A stretch of DNA of 64,000 nt, from positions 9,728 to 73,727 of the forward strand of contig JAFRXG010000033.1 in the NCBI GenBank assembly GCA_017441565.1. Reading direction: 5' to 3'. The position numbers and the translations under genes are program-made. This DNA is from Bacteroidales bacterium (GTDB taxonomy: Bacteria > Bacteroidota > Bacteroidia > Bacteroidales > P3). The notes beneath the pieces are model-generated. The model saw only the letters and a program-made list of their open reading frames with translations, made no database searches and had not been told where the DNA came from. Positions 1 through 9,797 of the stretch are shown in pieces; positions within the stretch are counted from its first letter, which is position 1; each line of letters opens with the position of its first letter.

Positions 1-126
1 GATTTAAAAGTTAAAACTTTATCTTTTCACATCCGACGGCGTCCAGCAGACTTCTCTAAGCACGTGTCATTGTGCATGGAAAAAAAATATTTTTCTCCAC
101 GAAAATGCCTTATTTAAAAAAAAGTG

Positions 127-134
127 TATATTTG
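127..134 (+). promoter_or_regulatory. candidate Bacteroidota -7 promoter box (TATATTTG)
   Basis: Matches the TAnnTTTG consensus about 90 nt upstream of the ATG at 223, in an AT-rich leader. No -33 element was verified. Confidence 0.3.
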
Positions 135-222
135 TATCGTCTAAGGGGATGTCGCATACCACATAGTTCTTTGACAACAAGCATATTAGGCATTATATTA
201 ACCCATTAAACAATATCACTTT

Positions 223-1581
223 ATGAAGAAAATACTATTTTTTAGTACACTGTTGGCATTGGGAATGTCCCTGACCCATGCGCAAACAGATGTGTACGCC
301 AACCTTGGAAGTTCCATCACTGACCGAGGGGTTATTCGAGAACAAAACATCTCATATTATGAGGAGTCGGGTCAGGGGTATTTTGTTTATCTGCCCACAC
401 TTTATGGAACCGTATACCGCGTAAAAGCACCAACCTATTGGTCAATAAGGGATTTCCGTGTGCTGGGTAGCACAGCCTATTTCTGTGGCACGAATACGAA
501 TACAAAAACCGCACTATTAGGACATTTCAACATTACAAACCTACAGACAGGTTCAGGTAATATAACTTTCTATTACGACAACAACATTGCATCCAAATTG
601 TCAATACTCAACCGCATTGCCGTCAGTGATTCCAAAGGTCGTGTATCCATCATGTCTATTGGAAGGGAACGTCCAGGAAGCAATCCGGATATGAATGGAG
701 CCGACAGGGTTTTTTATTCGGTAGACTACGCCTTAATGCAGGGCTGTTTATTTAATCCTAACGACAGCGTATTATTCTGGGACGTGGTGGCAACTGACAA
801 CTACTTTGCCACGTCAGGGACAATGGGGCTTGCCACAAAGGATATGGTATTGCGCAGTGTGCCGATAGGGACAGCACTGTCCTCTTTCCATAGTTATTTT
901 TCGAACGGACACATATACACCAACACTAATAAATATGCCAGTGGAATCCGTGCAGCCAGACTAGGGTTGGACACTGTTGCTTTTGCCGCATACATCGATA
1001 GTTCTTACATATCTTGGATGCAGGTCTTTACCATTAATGTTCCAACAGCACTGATGCACTACAACCAATATAGCGGGATGCAATATGGTATTCCATCACA
1101 TCGTCGACTAGCCCCTCGAGACATGGTATACGTACCCGATTCCACAGCACTGATGGTGATTGACACAGAATACAACTTTTCCTTCAACCATGAAAGCATA
1201 TTAAAATTACACCCATACCCAATTACGGCGTATTTCCCAAAATTCTATATTTCCAGAAACATTTATACACCCTTTCATTCGTTAGTACCACTATCAACCG
1301 TAAGTTGCATGGTAGCATCAGGCGACAGCTGGCAGATACTTGACTTAGGTTCACTACCCCCACCCACTGAAATGGACAACTGCATTGTTGCTTTTATTAA
1401 TGACTATTTTATTCGTAGTAACATTTCTGACTCACTATTCATTACAGGATTTAGTAAACCACACAATTTGTCCATGCAATATAAGAAAAACATTGTGGAA
1501 CCTACTAGAATTAACTCACCATGCCAACATAGCGACCCTGTCCCATATCCTTATCCCACTAAAGATATAGAAAAAGAATAA
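223..1581 (+). CDS. secreted protein of unknown function (family 'A')
   Basis: 452-aa ORF with signal peptide MKKILFFSTLLALGMSLTHAQ and no catalytic motif recognised. A by-eye block (IRDFRVLGSTAYFCGTN...GNITFYYD...LSILNRIAVS) resembles 22738..24237. The ORF is AT-richer than the housekeeping genes. Confidence 0.7.
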   Translation: MKKILFFSTLLALGMSLTHAQTDVYANLGSSITDRGVIREQNISYYEESGQGYFVYLPTLYGTVYRVKAPTYWSIRDFRVLGSTAYFCGTNTNTKTALLGHFNITNLQTGSGNITFYYDNNIASKLSILNRIAVSDSKGRVSIMSIGRERPGSNPDMNGADRVFYSVDYALMQGCLFNPNDSVLFWDVVATDNYFATSGTMGLATKDMVLRSVPIGTALSSFHSYFSNGHIYTNTNKYASGIRAARLGLDTVAFAAYIDSSYISWMQVFTINVPTALMHYNQYSGMQYGIPSHRRLAPRDMVYVPDSTALMVIDTEYNFSFNHESILKLHPYPITAYFPKFYISRNIYTPFHSLVPLSTVSCMVASGDSWQILDLGSLPPPTEMDNCIVAFINDYFIRSNISDSLFITGFSKPHNLSMQYKKNIVEPTRINSPCQHSDPVPYPYPTKDIEKE

Positions 1582-1606
1582 CTACTCATTTTAACAATAC
1601 AGCACA

Positions 1607-2677
1607 ATGAAGAACAATAGATTATACTTCACGGTATTAACCTCATTAATGGGATTGCTGCCTACAAATGCCATGACACAACCAGAGATTCATTACCCAA
1701 ATCCGGGATATTGGTATTGGGAATCACCCTGTGATGATCATTTTTGTCTTAGCGGTGAAGAACACGCCTATATTTCACCTAGAGAATATTATCCAAATGA
1801 CGACTCTCCTACTTGTATTGTGAACCCCTTTAATGCCACTGACCAAAATAGGACCATCTATGGTGCAGCCCTTTGTCTATTCCCAGTTGACCACGACTGG
1901 TGGGCAGAACGAATGACACCTGTGGATAGAAGGGTAACATTGGATATCATAGTATACACTTTTACACCAGGAGACTCCGTCGTACATCCGATAATAAGCC
2001 AGACCTTTATTGTGGAACAAGGACAGCCCCACGATTTAGTGATGTCATATCCTGGTGGTGACTTACACCCAATGTACGAGTTCTATTTTGACACACCAAT
2101 TGAGGTGGACGGCCCTATCTACATGGGAGTTCGAACGACAGATACAATTCTTATTGAATACGCAGCTCTATATAACATTGGTCGCCAAGTATTGTGGCAA
2201 AATGACGGTGCATGCTGTCTTTGGGGATATGACGGGTATGTGGATATAAAGAGGCAAGTGCTGCTTTCATACTATACAACGCCGATTTGTCCAGATGAGC
2301 GAGTGGCTGTATTTGATAGGGATTACCTATTTAGGGCGGTAGTGGCCCCTTCAACGGACACTCTACACACATTCCATACTCAGTATATCATGCCTATCAT
2401 TAAGCCTAAGGGATACCTTACGGCTGCACGCTTGAGGGATGCGGGTGATGTGCAGCTGAAGCCCAACCCGGCAAGGACGCGGGTGACGGTGGAGGCCGAC
2501 CAAGCCATCCGATACGTGGAGCTGACGGACATGGCCGGCCGCACAATGATAGTCCAGAAGTATGACGGAGGCACGCGGTCGGCAACGCTGGACATCAACG
2601 CCCTCCCCCATGGCCTCTATATGGTGAAGGTGAGAACCGACAGGGCTGTTGCGACACGAAAACTGCTGGTGGAGTAA
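1607..2677 (+). CDS. T9SS cargo protein of unknown function (family 'B'), type-A C-terminal sorting domain
   Basis: 356 aa with an N-terminal signal sequence. The C-terminus LKPNPARTRVTVEADQAIRYVELTDMAGR...LPHGLYMVKVRT...KLLVE fits the Por/T9SS type-A CTD pattern. Confidence 0.8.
   Translation: MKNNRLYFTVLTSLMGLLPTNAMTQPEIHYPNPGYWYWESPCDDHFCLSGEEHAYISPREYYPNDDSPTCIVNPFNATDQNRTIYGAALCLFPVDHDWWAERMTPVDRRVTLDIIVYTFTPGDSVVHPIISQTFIVEQGQPHDLVMSYPGGDLHPMYEFYFDTPIEVDGPIYMGVRTTDTILIEYAALYNIGRQVLWQNDGACCLWGYDGYVDIKRQVLLSYYTTPICPDERVAVFDRDYLFRAVVAPSTDTLHTFHTQYIMPIIKPKGYLTAARLRDAGDVQLKPNPARTRVTVEADQAIRYVELTDMAGRTMIVQKYDGGTRSATLDINALPHGLYMVKVRTDRAVATRKLLVE
2433..2640 (+). repeat. near-identical 208-bp tract shared with 4068..4275 (CTD-coding 3' ends of the two B paralogs)
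   Basis: Direct comparison by eye finds about five mismatches in 208 nt. The rest of the two genes is far more diverged. Confidence 0.85.
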
Positions 2678-2716
2678 AGCCCCTTTCGCATCAGTGCTTT
2701 TTTTTCCCCTCGAGAC

Positions 2717-3196
2717 ATGGTATATTTACCCGATACCACAGCACTGATGGTGATTGACACAGAATACAACTTTTCTTATAACCATCAAAGTATATTGAGT
2801 TTAAACCCTTATCCTACAGCATCACCATATTATCCCAGATTTTATATTTCTATGCAATGTTCAACTCTTTATCATTCACTAACACCCATAGCATCATACA
2901 GCTGCATGGCTGCAGCTGGGCATAATTGGGTAAAACTTGACTTAACTTCATCGCCCCCACCCACCTACACTAATCGCTGCATTAGTACTTTCATTAATGA
3001 CTTTTTTATTATACGGGACAGTACCATTTCACACTTTAGTGGTGGCATAACACAAACAATCAATATGTCGTTAAAACATGTAGAAAACCCTATAGAGCCC
3101 ATCTCTATTTATCCGAGATGCGTACCTGATAGTTTGCCAACACATTTCTCCTATTCCAACTATCTTAATGTTCAAAATGATATAGAGAAAGAATAA
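2717..3196 (+). pseudogene. 5'-truncated paralog of 223..1581 (C-terminal third only, no signal peptide); intact 159-aa ORF
   Basis: MVYLPDTTALMVIDTEYNFSYNHQSIL... aligns with residues ~300-452 of the 452-aa protein (MVYVPDSTALMVIDTEYNFSFNHESIL... to ...DIEKE). Nucleotide homology starts abruptly at 2706 (cccctcgagacatgg), which matches 1112. Confidence 0.55.
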
Positions 3197-3217
3197 TAAC
3201 CATTAATTAATCCAACA

Positions 3218-4312
3218 ATGAAGAACAAGTTATTATCACCATCAGTATTAGTCCTGCTGATAGGAATGCATACTAGCCAAATGATGGCACAGCCTGAAGT
3301 GTATTATCCGAACCCAGGATATTGGAATTGGGAGATACCTTGTGGTGAAGAGCTTCGATTCGTTTCATCCTTCCAGAACAGTATAGGATTTCCCGAACAA
3401 AATCGTCATGAATATGACCCTACAGGGTCTAACACCTGTTTAGTGAACCCTTTCGATGCCACAGGGCAAATGAAAACAATATATGGCGCAGCACTTTGCC
3501 TGTTCCCATTAGGCCACGACTGGTCATCAGAGCGAATGTCACCAATGGACAGAAATATAACATTGGACATCAACGTTTACAGATTTACGCCTGGAGACTC
3601 CATCGTGCAGAAAATAAAAGGCCAGACCTTCGAAGTGGAACAGGGACAGCGTCACGATTTGGTGATGGTATATAAAGATTACACTCATACGACGGACGTA
3701 GTGAAATACCCGATGTATGAGTTCTATTTTGACACGCCAGTAAATGTAGACGGTCACACCTATATCGGAATTCAATCGTCAGACACATTTTTAGTTGAAT
3801 ATGGAGCCACCTATTTTGGACGTGCTGTATTGGGGCACACTGACGGCTCATGCTGCTTTGCGGGATATTGGGGATTCGTGGAAACAAAGAAACAGATGTT
3901 GATTGCATATGCTCCAGGGGGGCCATGTCTTGGCAATCCACATTTTGTTGGTAACACTATTTCTCCTTTCGGATTGAGTGCACCGCTGACCGACACCACT
4001 CATACTGCTTATGCACAACATATCATGCCTATTATTAAGCCGCGGGGCTACCTTTCCGCTGCGATTCTGAGGGATGCGGGTGATGTGCAGCTGAAGCCCA
4101 ACCCGGCAAGGACGCGGGTGACGGTGGAGGCCGACCAAGCCATCCGATACGTGGAACTGACGGACATGGCCGGCCGCACAATGATAGTCCAGAAGTATGA
4201 CGGAGGCACGCTGTCAGCAACACTGGACATCAACGCCCTCCCCCATGGCCTCTATATGGTGAAGGTGAGGACCGAGAAGGCGGTAACGACGAAAAAACTG
4301 CTAATCGAATAG
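3218..4312 (+). CDS. T9SS cargo protein, paralog of 1607..2677 (family 'B')
   Basis: 364 aa, colinear with the 356-aa protein (QPE[IV][HY]YPNPGYW, TIYGAALCLFP, PMYEFYFDTP) and carrying the same type-A CTD. Confidence 0.8.
   Translation: MKNKLLSPSVLVLLIGMHTSQMMAQPEVYYPNPGYWNWEIPCGEELRFVSSFQNSIGFPEQNRHEYDPTGSNTCLVNPFDATGQMKTIYGAALCLFPLGHDWSSERMSPMDRNITLDINVYRFTPGDSIVQKIKGQTFEVEQGQRHDLVMVYKDYTHTTDVVKYPMYEFYFDTPVNVDGHTYIGIQSSDTFLVEYGATYFGRAVLGHTDGSCCFAGYWGFVETKKQMLIAYAPGGPCLGNPHFVGNTISPFGLSAPLTDTTHTAYAQHIMPIIKPRGYLSAAILRDAGDVQLKPNPARTRVTVEADQAIRYVELTDMAGRTMIVQKYDGGTLSATLDINALPHGLYMVKVRTEKAVTTKKLLIE
4068..4275 (+). repeat. second copy of the near-identical 208-bp CTD-coding tract
   Basis: See 2433..2640. 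The offset is a constant 1635 nt. Confidence 0.85.
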
Positions 4313-4340
4313 AAGTTCCCTAATCCGAAAGTCTGAAAAG

Positions 4341-4381
4341 GACATAGGCAGAAGCCCTGGCCCCTGCCTATGTCTTTTTTG
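4341..4381 (+). terminator. rho-independent terminator after the duplicated module
   Basis: 10-bp perfect stem gacataggca / tgcctatgtc (4341-4350 / 4365-4374) followed by TTTTTT. Confidence 0.65.
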
Positions 4382-4445
4382 TCCCCTTTTGGGACATACA
4401 AGGCTCCCTCGGGATAGTTTTTTCATGCGTCTGAGATTTTATGTG

Positions 4446-4453
4446 TATCTTTG
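4446..4453 (+). promoter_or_regulatory. candidate -7 box TATCTTTG
   Basis: TAnnTTTG match 31 nt upstream of the 4485 start codon. Confidence 0.45.
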
Positions 4454-4484
4454 CACATTGTTCAACCAATAGATAGTCACAGAC

Positions 4485-7400
4485 ATGTCGAAGCATACCA
4501 TACTACTACTGAGCCTGTTGTTTTGTCTGCCGACCATGGCACAGACTCCGTGGCGTACAGTCGATTCACTTGTGAAGGCCAAAGCCTACGCCGACACATA
4601 CACCCTGTTGGAGCAGAACTATACCTATGCTCTGCAAAACGGGCAGTCGTACGACCTGCTGCGAGCCGCCTACAGCATGGCCGTCGTGGGGGACAACCTA
4701 CCGAAAAAGATAAACAGCCTGACCATTCTACAGCGCACGCTGCCCCTCCTCGACCCTGCGGAGAAAGCTTTGTGCCACACCTTGATTGCCAGCATCTATG
4801 CTCAGGAGCTACGCAACCGCAGCGAGGAGTACCGCTACCGATACGATACAGAAGCCCCATGCCACAGCGACCCTGCCGACACTGTGTATAAAAACTGGTG
4901 CCGTGAGCGGCTTGCCGACAGCATTATGAGCCATAGCAGTGCCGCGCTGAGAACAGCGGACACGCTGCTGCTGCAAAGCAAGAGAGTTGCCGACTACCAC
5001 TATCTCACCCTCCACGACACAGTGAACGACTACTCTGCCCTCACGCTGTACGAGGCTGTGCACTATGCCGCCGTTCACAATATCGAAGGCACCAGCCTCC
5101 TTTTTACCGATGCTGGATTCGTCTACAGCGACAGCCTGTACCATGCCCTGTGCAACCCCTTTGCCCTGGCCCGTATGCCTTTGCCCCAGGGGGGTACCAC
5201 GATGTACAAACTCATGATACTGAAAAATACGGCAAGGTTTCTTATTCGCACCTTGCAGTCGCGCGCGGAGGATTACCAGCTTCTTTCTCACGGGCGAGCC
5301 GCCCGTGTCCCTTACCGCACTGGCACCGACACCTCCTCGGTGCAATGGCAGACGCTCTGCCGCGAATTAAACAGATTTGTCGACCACTACACAGGCGGAT
5401 ACCAAAAGGAGGAGTTCAAAATATTACGCCCAAAACCGTTGGCGAGTGTGGGGATAGGCCCTGTAGTAGCCCCCGACAGCGGTTGTTTCTTCACCTACAA
5501 TGGTGATAGCTGTGCCACACTATATATGCGCATACTGCCTGACATCCGCAGCACGGTCGACACGATGAAACAGCAGCAGAGGCTACGCTATGCCTTGTCG
5601 CAGCTCGCACTGCACGATTTCGTCGTGTCTGTACAACCTACTACCGAAGACCAATGGAGGAACACAAAACACTACCACTTTCCACCCCTGCCCGTGGGGG
5701 ACTATTCCATGCTTGTCGCCGAGAAGCCTTTCCCTGTCCGCACCGACATGGCTGACAGCTGTCTGCCAGCTGCCTTTCTTTACTCGTTTTCGTGCCAGTC
5801 GGCTGCCATCGAGCCCATTATCTATTCAGACGGACAAGGCCTCGTGCTCAACACCATAACGGGAGAGCCGCTCGTCGGCATCCCTGTCACTCTTCGAGGA
5901 GAGCTGCAGAGTTGGGTTGGCGAGGAGCATGACAGCATCACCCTCACCGCATACACTGATACGCTGGGGCGTTTCGACTTTGGTCCGCTGATGCCTGAAG
6001 GGAAATACACCCACCCAATCTACAGTATCACCCATCAGGGCCACACCTGCACCAGAAAACAGGAGCAACTGATTGCCAACTATAGAAATCCCCTTATGGA
6101 AGAAGAAGAGGAAGCCGACACGATAGTCTCTTTCTTCCTCAACGCCCCCATCTACCGTCCGTCCGACACCGTCCGGTTCACCGCCATGGTGCAGCAGCGG
6201 TCAAAAAGCACAGGTGCCAATCTACAACCCGTCCCACACTTCTCCTTCTGCGTGAAGATGGCTGACGGCTACGACCGTTCAGACAGCATCACCTCCCTGA
6301 ATCTCACCACCGACGACATGGGCTGGGCCGAGGGCAGCATCATCTTGTCGCAGATGCTTTCCCCTAATAAGAGCTATGACCATCTGTACCTCATAGGGTA
6401 CGACCACGATGCCAGCGATATAGGCTATGCAGTGATTCCTGTCGAGAACTACACGCTTCCCACACTCTCACTGTCGCTGCAAAGCACAAGCGACACCCAC
6501 CGCTACGGGCAACCCGTTTATATCGAAGGCATGCTTACGTCCCGCAGCGGTGCTTCGATTTCGTCTGCCACGGTTTCCTATACTCTGACACAGTCGTTCG
6601 GTCATTCCCCTTGGTCGAACTGCTTGGGCAACGAGCATAGGGGCTGTTGGTTTGTCAACAGCTCGGGAGAGCTGCCCATCCAACCCGATGGGAGCTTCAG
6701 CTTCCACTTTACCCCTATAAAGTATGAATACCTCCCATACCTTGACGGAGAGTTTGCCCAATACCGATTAGAAGTAACTGCCACCGACCCCACTGGCGAG
6801 ACGGTGAAAGAAGACATTTATATTGCCGTGGGTGACCACACAGGTTTTTTCTCCTTATCCCCGTACTCTCCGCCTTCCTATGACATCACTGGTGGCGGGC
6901 TCCCGGAATATATCGACGGACTCGGCGACATCCATGTTCATTGCAGTAGCCTTAACAACAGGCTTCTGGCAGTTGCCGCCCATCTTACCATCGAAACCGA
7001 CGCACCTACCCCCACCCTTGTGTGGCAGGGCGACTTGTCTGTTCCCAACAAATGGGGACCCCTTAGCAACCTGATTCCTAACATTGTGCTGCCCGACGGA
7101 CACCTCCGTTTCATTATGAGCAGCGACAACCCACATATCCACCCAGACACCCTACGAGTCTCACACCTCGGCTTCGATGCCCCGATGCCCCTTGACACCC
7201 TTCCATTCTTTGCCTCGGTCGAGAAAGACAAATACCTTGTCGGCGACACCTTGCGGGTACGTGTGGGCAGCGCAGAGAATATTTCCGCCATGCTTCTCCT
7301 GTCGCAAGGCTCCAGAATCATCCAAATCTATCACCTACGCCTTGACCATGGTTTTACCCGTATTGCCCTGCCCTTAGAGGAAAAATGGTGCGGAGACATT

Positions 7401-9797
7401 GGTATTTCAGTCATTGCCTATCATCATGGAGAACGATTCAAAGGGTCAACCAACATCAATGTCGCCCGCCCGCTCCCGCGACTACAGATGCACTGGATAG
7501 AGCCCGATGGGCTAAACGTGACGCCATTTAAGCCTGATTTCCACATTCAAAGACTCTTTGCCGGAGCACCCGTCCACTGGCGGCTACGCATCACCGACAC
7601 ACTCGGCAAACCAGTGCAAACCACCCTGACACTCACATCCTACGACGACGCCCTCCACTCAATAGAAAACCATTATGGTCAAACCTTTTACTCAAATGTA
7701 GACTACCTCTCTTATCATACCGGCTACTGCTCATTCGGCGACCCCATATACGACCACAACCGCCTATTGCTGAACACCGTTCGATATAACGAACCAAAGC
7801 AGAGACCCTTCTTTGAACTTCGTCCACCCTACAGCTCCCACGACCAGTCCACCCGGGCATATTATATTGACCAACCGAAAATAGATGCCCTCCTGTCGGT
7901 GGGCACATACGGGTACTATGGTGTTCATTGCGCGTCGGCCTCTGTGGGAACATACGAAGACTGGAACATAGATAACCTGCCCCAACCGAAAGGCATACTC
8001 CGCACCGACTTGTCGCCCTACGGCCCGTGGTTCGGCAACCTGCACAGCGACAACGACGGTATCATCGACCTCCGTTTCACTGCCCCGCAACGACTCGCCC
8101 GATGGTTTCTCAGAGGTGTTGCCATGGACAGAGAAGGCTCTTTGGCATATATAGACAACAGCTACCTCACCTACCGCGACGTGATGATTACGCCCAACGT
8201 GCCGCCGTTCCTCTACACGGGCGACAGCACCTCGATGGTCGTCCGAATCGACCGGATGGACGGTGACACCTTGGGCGGCATTGCCGTCCGCCTGTACAGT
8301 GGCACTAAAGCTAAAGGGGAGCGGTACACCGAGGCCTTGCCCGAAGGAGGTTCACTGGTGCAATTCCCCCTTGTGGCACCCCATAAGCTACTCCCGCTGG
8401 CGTCACGACATCGGGACTACTCTTTCACCGTCTCAGATGCCCTGCACGACGAGATTGTTCTCGACGCCCAGTCAGCCACGGTCAACCTGCTGCGCCATCC
8501 CCGACTGAATGGCAACGCATATCCCCTCACCCAGTCGGATTACCGCACCTTGCAGTCGCGCGCGGAGGATTACTTCTATTGGAAAGAGCGTGACAGCTAT
8601 AGCATCTGTCCTATTTTCCACTCACTCTATTGTGCCGCTGTATACCACGACAGCCATGCTGTGGACTCCTTGCTTAAGGTTCTTGACGAGGCACAGCTGC
8701 CCAGCGGCGGTTGGCCTTCATTCAAAGGGAGCACCCGTATTTATGACAAAAGAGATATCCGTGAAAACCTGAAAGACATCATGCGAATACAGAAGGAGTG
8801 TCCGCATGTGCGCATACCCCAGTCATTCAAGATTCGACGTACCCTACAGTTGTACGACAGCCTGATGTATAAGGATTGGAAACGGAGCCCTGGTTCAAGG
8901 AACGACGCATCATCGTGGCTCACAATACACGACCACTTTGCCCAGTATCCTCTCGACTCCATCTACCTGCCCATGCGCGACAGCCTCTACGCTAACATTC
9001 GGTCGAACAATCCTGACCAATGGGACATCCTGCTTCTCAACCGACACGGCGACACTGCCTTGGCACGCAAGATGGCAAGGGCCATCGTGCAGTCGTCGAG
9101 CTATGACTCCAACCACCCCGAACAAGGTCGGCGATGGAATGCTACCGACAATAGTGCCTCGGCACTGTTGAATTACATCGACATTTTTGAGGAGGTATTG
9201 CACGACACCATTCTCGCCGACCAAGTGAGGCAGCGTGTCCGCTACCTTTTGCCAACAACGGTTTGGAATGGCGACAACAGGGCACGACTGACAAGCCGCG
9301 GACTAATCCGAGACCCTCAATGGTATAAAAAACAAGACCCTGGAAATGTCACCCTCACCCGCGAGGTTATACCCCACAAAAACCTCACTACCTCGAATAC
9401 CCCATACGGACAATATACAATACGGCTGACAGTCAATAATGAGCGTCCCCTGTATAACCTGTATATCCGCTCACCCTACGCTGCCTGCTTCTCGTCGCAC
9501 GGAGATGTCAACGTCGTGTATTCTTCATCAGAGAGGACCTACGCCATAAGCACCAAAACGGTCGACTCCCGCCTAGGCTCCATAGCCACACAGTTTGTCG
9601 GCGCACCCGACTGTCTAGACATCTTCATCTACAACCTTCCAGCCGGCATCCACACGCTGGAATACACCGTCACCGCCGACCGCACAGGACGCTTCCACCT
9701 GCCGCCCGCCACCATACAATGCCTTGCCCTTCCCTGGCACGAGGCAAAGAAAGGACTGCTGCAAGCCGCCACACCCGCCGAGACAATATTGCGGTAG
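4485..9797 (+). CDS. alpha-2-macroglobulin-family (MG2-domain) large secreted protein; no thioester motif seen
   Basis: 1770 aa with signal peptide ...LFCLPTMAQ. It has the MG-domain-like signatures PIYRPSDTVRFTAMV and DKYLVGDTLRVRVGS, and a TED-like LDEAQLPSGGWPSF. No CxEQ thioester motif was found anywhere in the translation. Confidence 0.6.
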   Translation: MSKHTILLLSLLFCLPTMAQTPWRTVDSLVKAKAYADTYTLLEQNYTYALQNGQSYDLLRAAYSMAVVGDNLPKKINSLTILQRTLPLLDPAEKALCHTLIASIYAQELRNRSEEYRYRYDTEAPCHSDPADTVYKNWCRERLADSIMSHSSAALRTADTLLLQSKRVADYHYLTLHDTVNDYSALTLYEAVHYAAVHNIEGTSLLFTDAGFVYSDSLYHALCNPFALARMPLPQGGTTMYKLMILKNTARFLIRTLQSRAEDYQLLSHGRAARVPYRTGTDTSSVQWQTLCRELNRFVDHYTGGYQKEEFKILRPKPLASVGIGPVVAPDSGCFFTYNGDSCATLYMRILPDIRSTVDTMKQQQRLRYALSQLALHDFVVSVQPTTEDQWRNTKHYHFPPLPVGDYSMLVAEKPFPVRTDMADSCLPAAFLYSFSCQSAAIEPIIYSDGQGLVLNTITGEPLVGIPVTLRGELQSWVGEEHDSITLTAYTDTLGRFDFGPLMPEGKYTHPIYSITHQGHTCTRKQEQLIANYRNPLMEEEEEADTIVSFFLNAPIYRPSDTVRFTAMVQQRSKSTGANLQPVPHFSFCVKMADGYDRSDSITSLNLTTDDMGWAEGSIILSQMLSPNKSYDHLYLIGYDHDASDIGYAVIPVENYTLPTLSLSLQSTSDTHRYGQPVYIEGMLTSRSGASISSATVSYTLTQSFGHSPWSNCLGNEHRGCWFVNSSGELPIQPDGSFSFHFTPIKYEYLPYLDGEFAQYRLEVTATDPTGETVKEDIYIAVGDHTGFFSLSPYSPPSYDITGGGLPEYIDGLGDIHVHCSSLNNRLLAVAAHLTIETDAPTPTLVWQGDLSVPNKWGPLSNLIPNIVLPDGHLRFIMSSDNPHIHPDTLRVSHLGFDAPMPLDTLPFFASVEKDKYLVGDTLRVRVGSAENISAMLLLSQGSRIIQIYHLRLDHGFTRIALPLEEKWCGDIGISVIAYHHGERFKGSTNINVARPLPRLQMHWIEPDGLNVTPFKPDFHIQRLFAGAPVHWRLRITDTLGKPVQTTLTLTSYDDALHSIENHYGQTFYSNVDYLSYHTGYCSFGDPIYDHNRLLLNTVRYNEPKQRPFFELRPPYSSHDQSTRAYYIDQPKIDALLSVGTYGYYGVHCASASVGTYEDWNIDNLPQPKGILRTDLSPYGPWFGNLHSDNDGIIDLRFTAPQRLARWFLRGVAMDREGSLAYIDNSYLTYRDVMITPNVPPFLYTGDSTSMVVRIDRMDGDTLGGIAVRLYSGTKAKGERYTEALPEGGSLVQFPLVAPHKLLPLASRHRDYSFTVSDALHDEIVLDAQSATVNLLRHPRLNGNAYPLTQSDYRTLQSRAEDYFYWKERDSYSICPIFHSLYCAAVYHDSHAVDSLLKVLDEAQLPSGGWPSFKGSTRIYDKRDIRENLKDIMRIQKECPHVRIPQSFKIRRTLQLYDSLMYKDWKRSPGSRNDASSWLTIHDHFAQYPLDSIYLPMRDSLYANIRSNNPDQWDILLLNRHGDTALARKMARAIVQSSSYDSNHPEQGRRWNATDNSASALLNYIDIFEEVLHDTILADQVRQRVRYLLPTTVWNGDNRARLTSRGLIRDPQWYKKQDPGNVTLTREVIPHKNLTTSNTPYGQYTIRLTVNNERPLYNLYIRSPYAACFSSHGDVNVVYSSSERTYAISTKTVDSRLGSIATQFVGAPDCLDIFIYNLPAGIHTLEYTVTADRTGRFHLPPATIQCLALPWHEAKKGLLQAATPAETILR

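Noticed and set aside
4451-4891. 146-aa plus-strand ORF overlapping the start of the A2M-like gene.
   Set aside because: It is an alternative frame of a 1770-aa gene that has a clear signal peptide. The ORF begins inside the promoter box.
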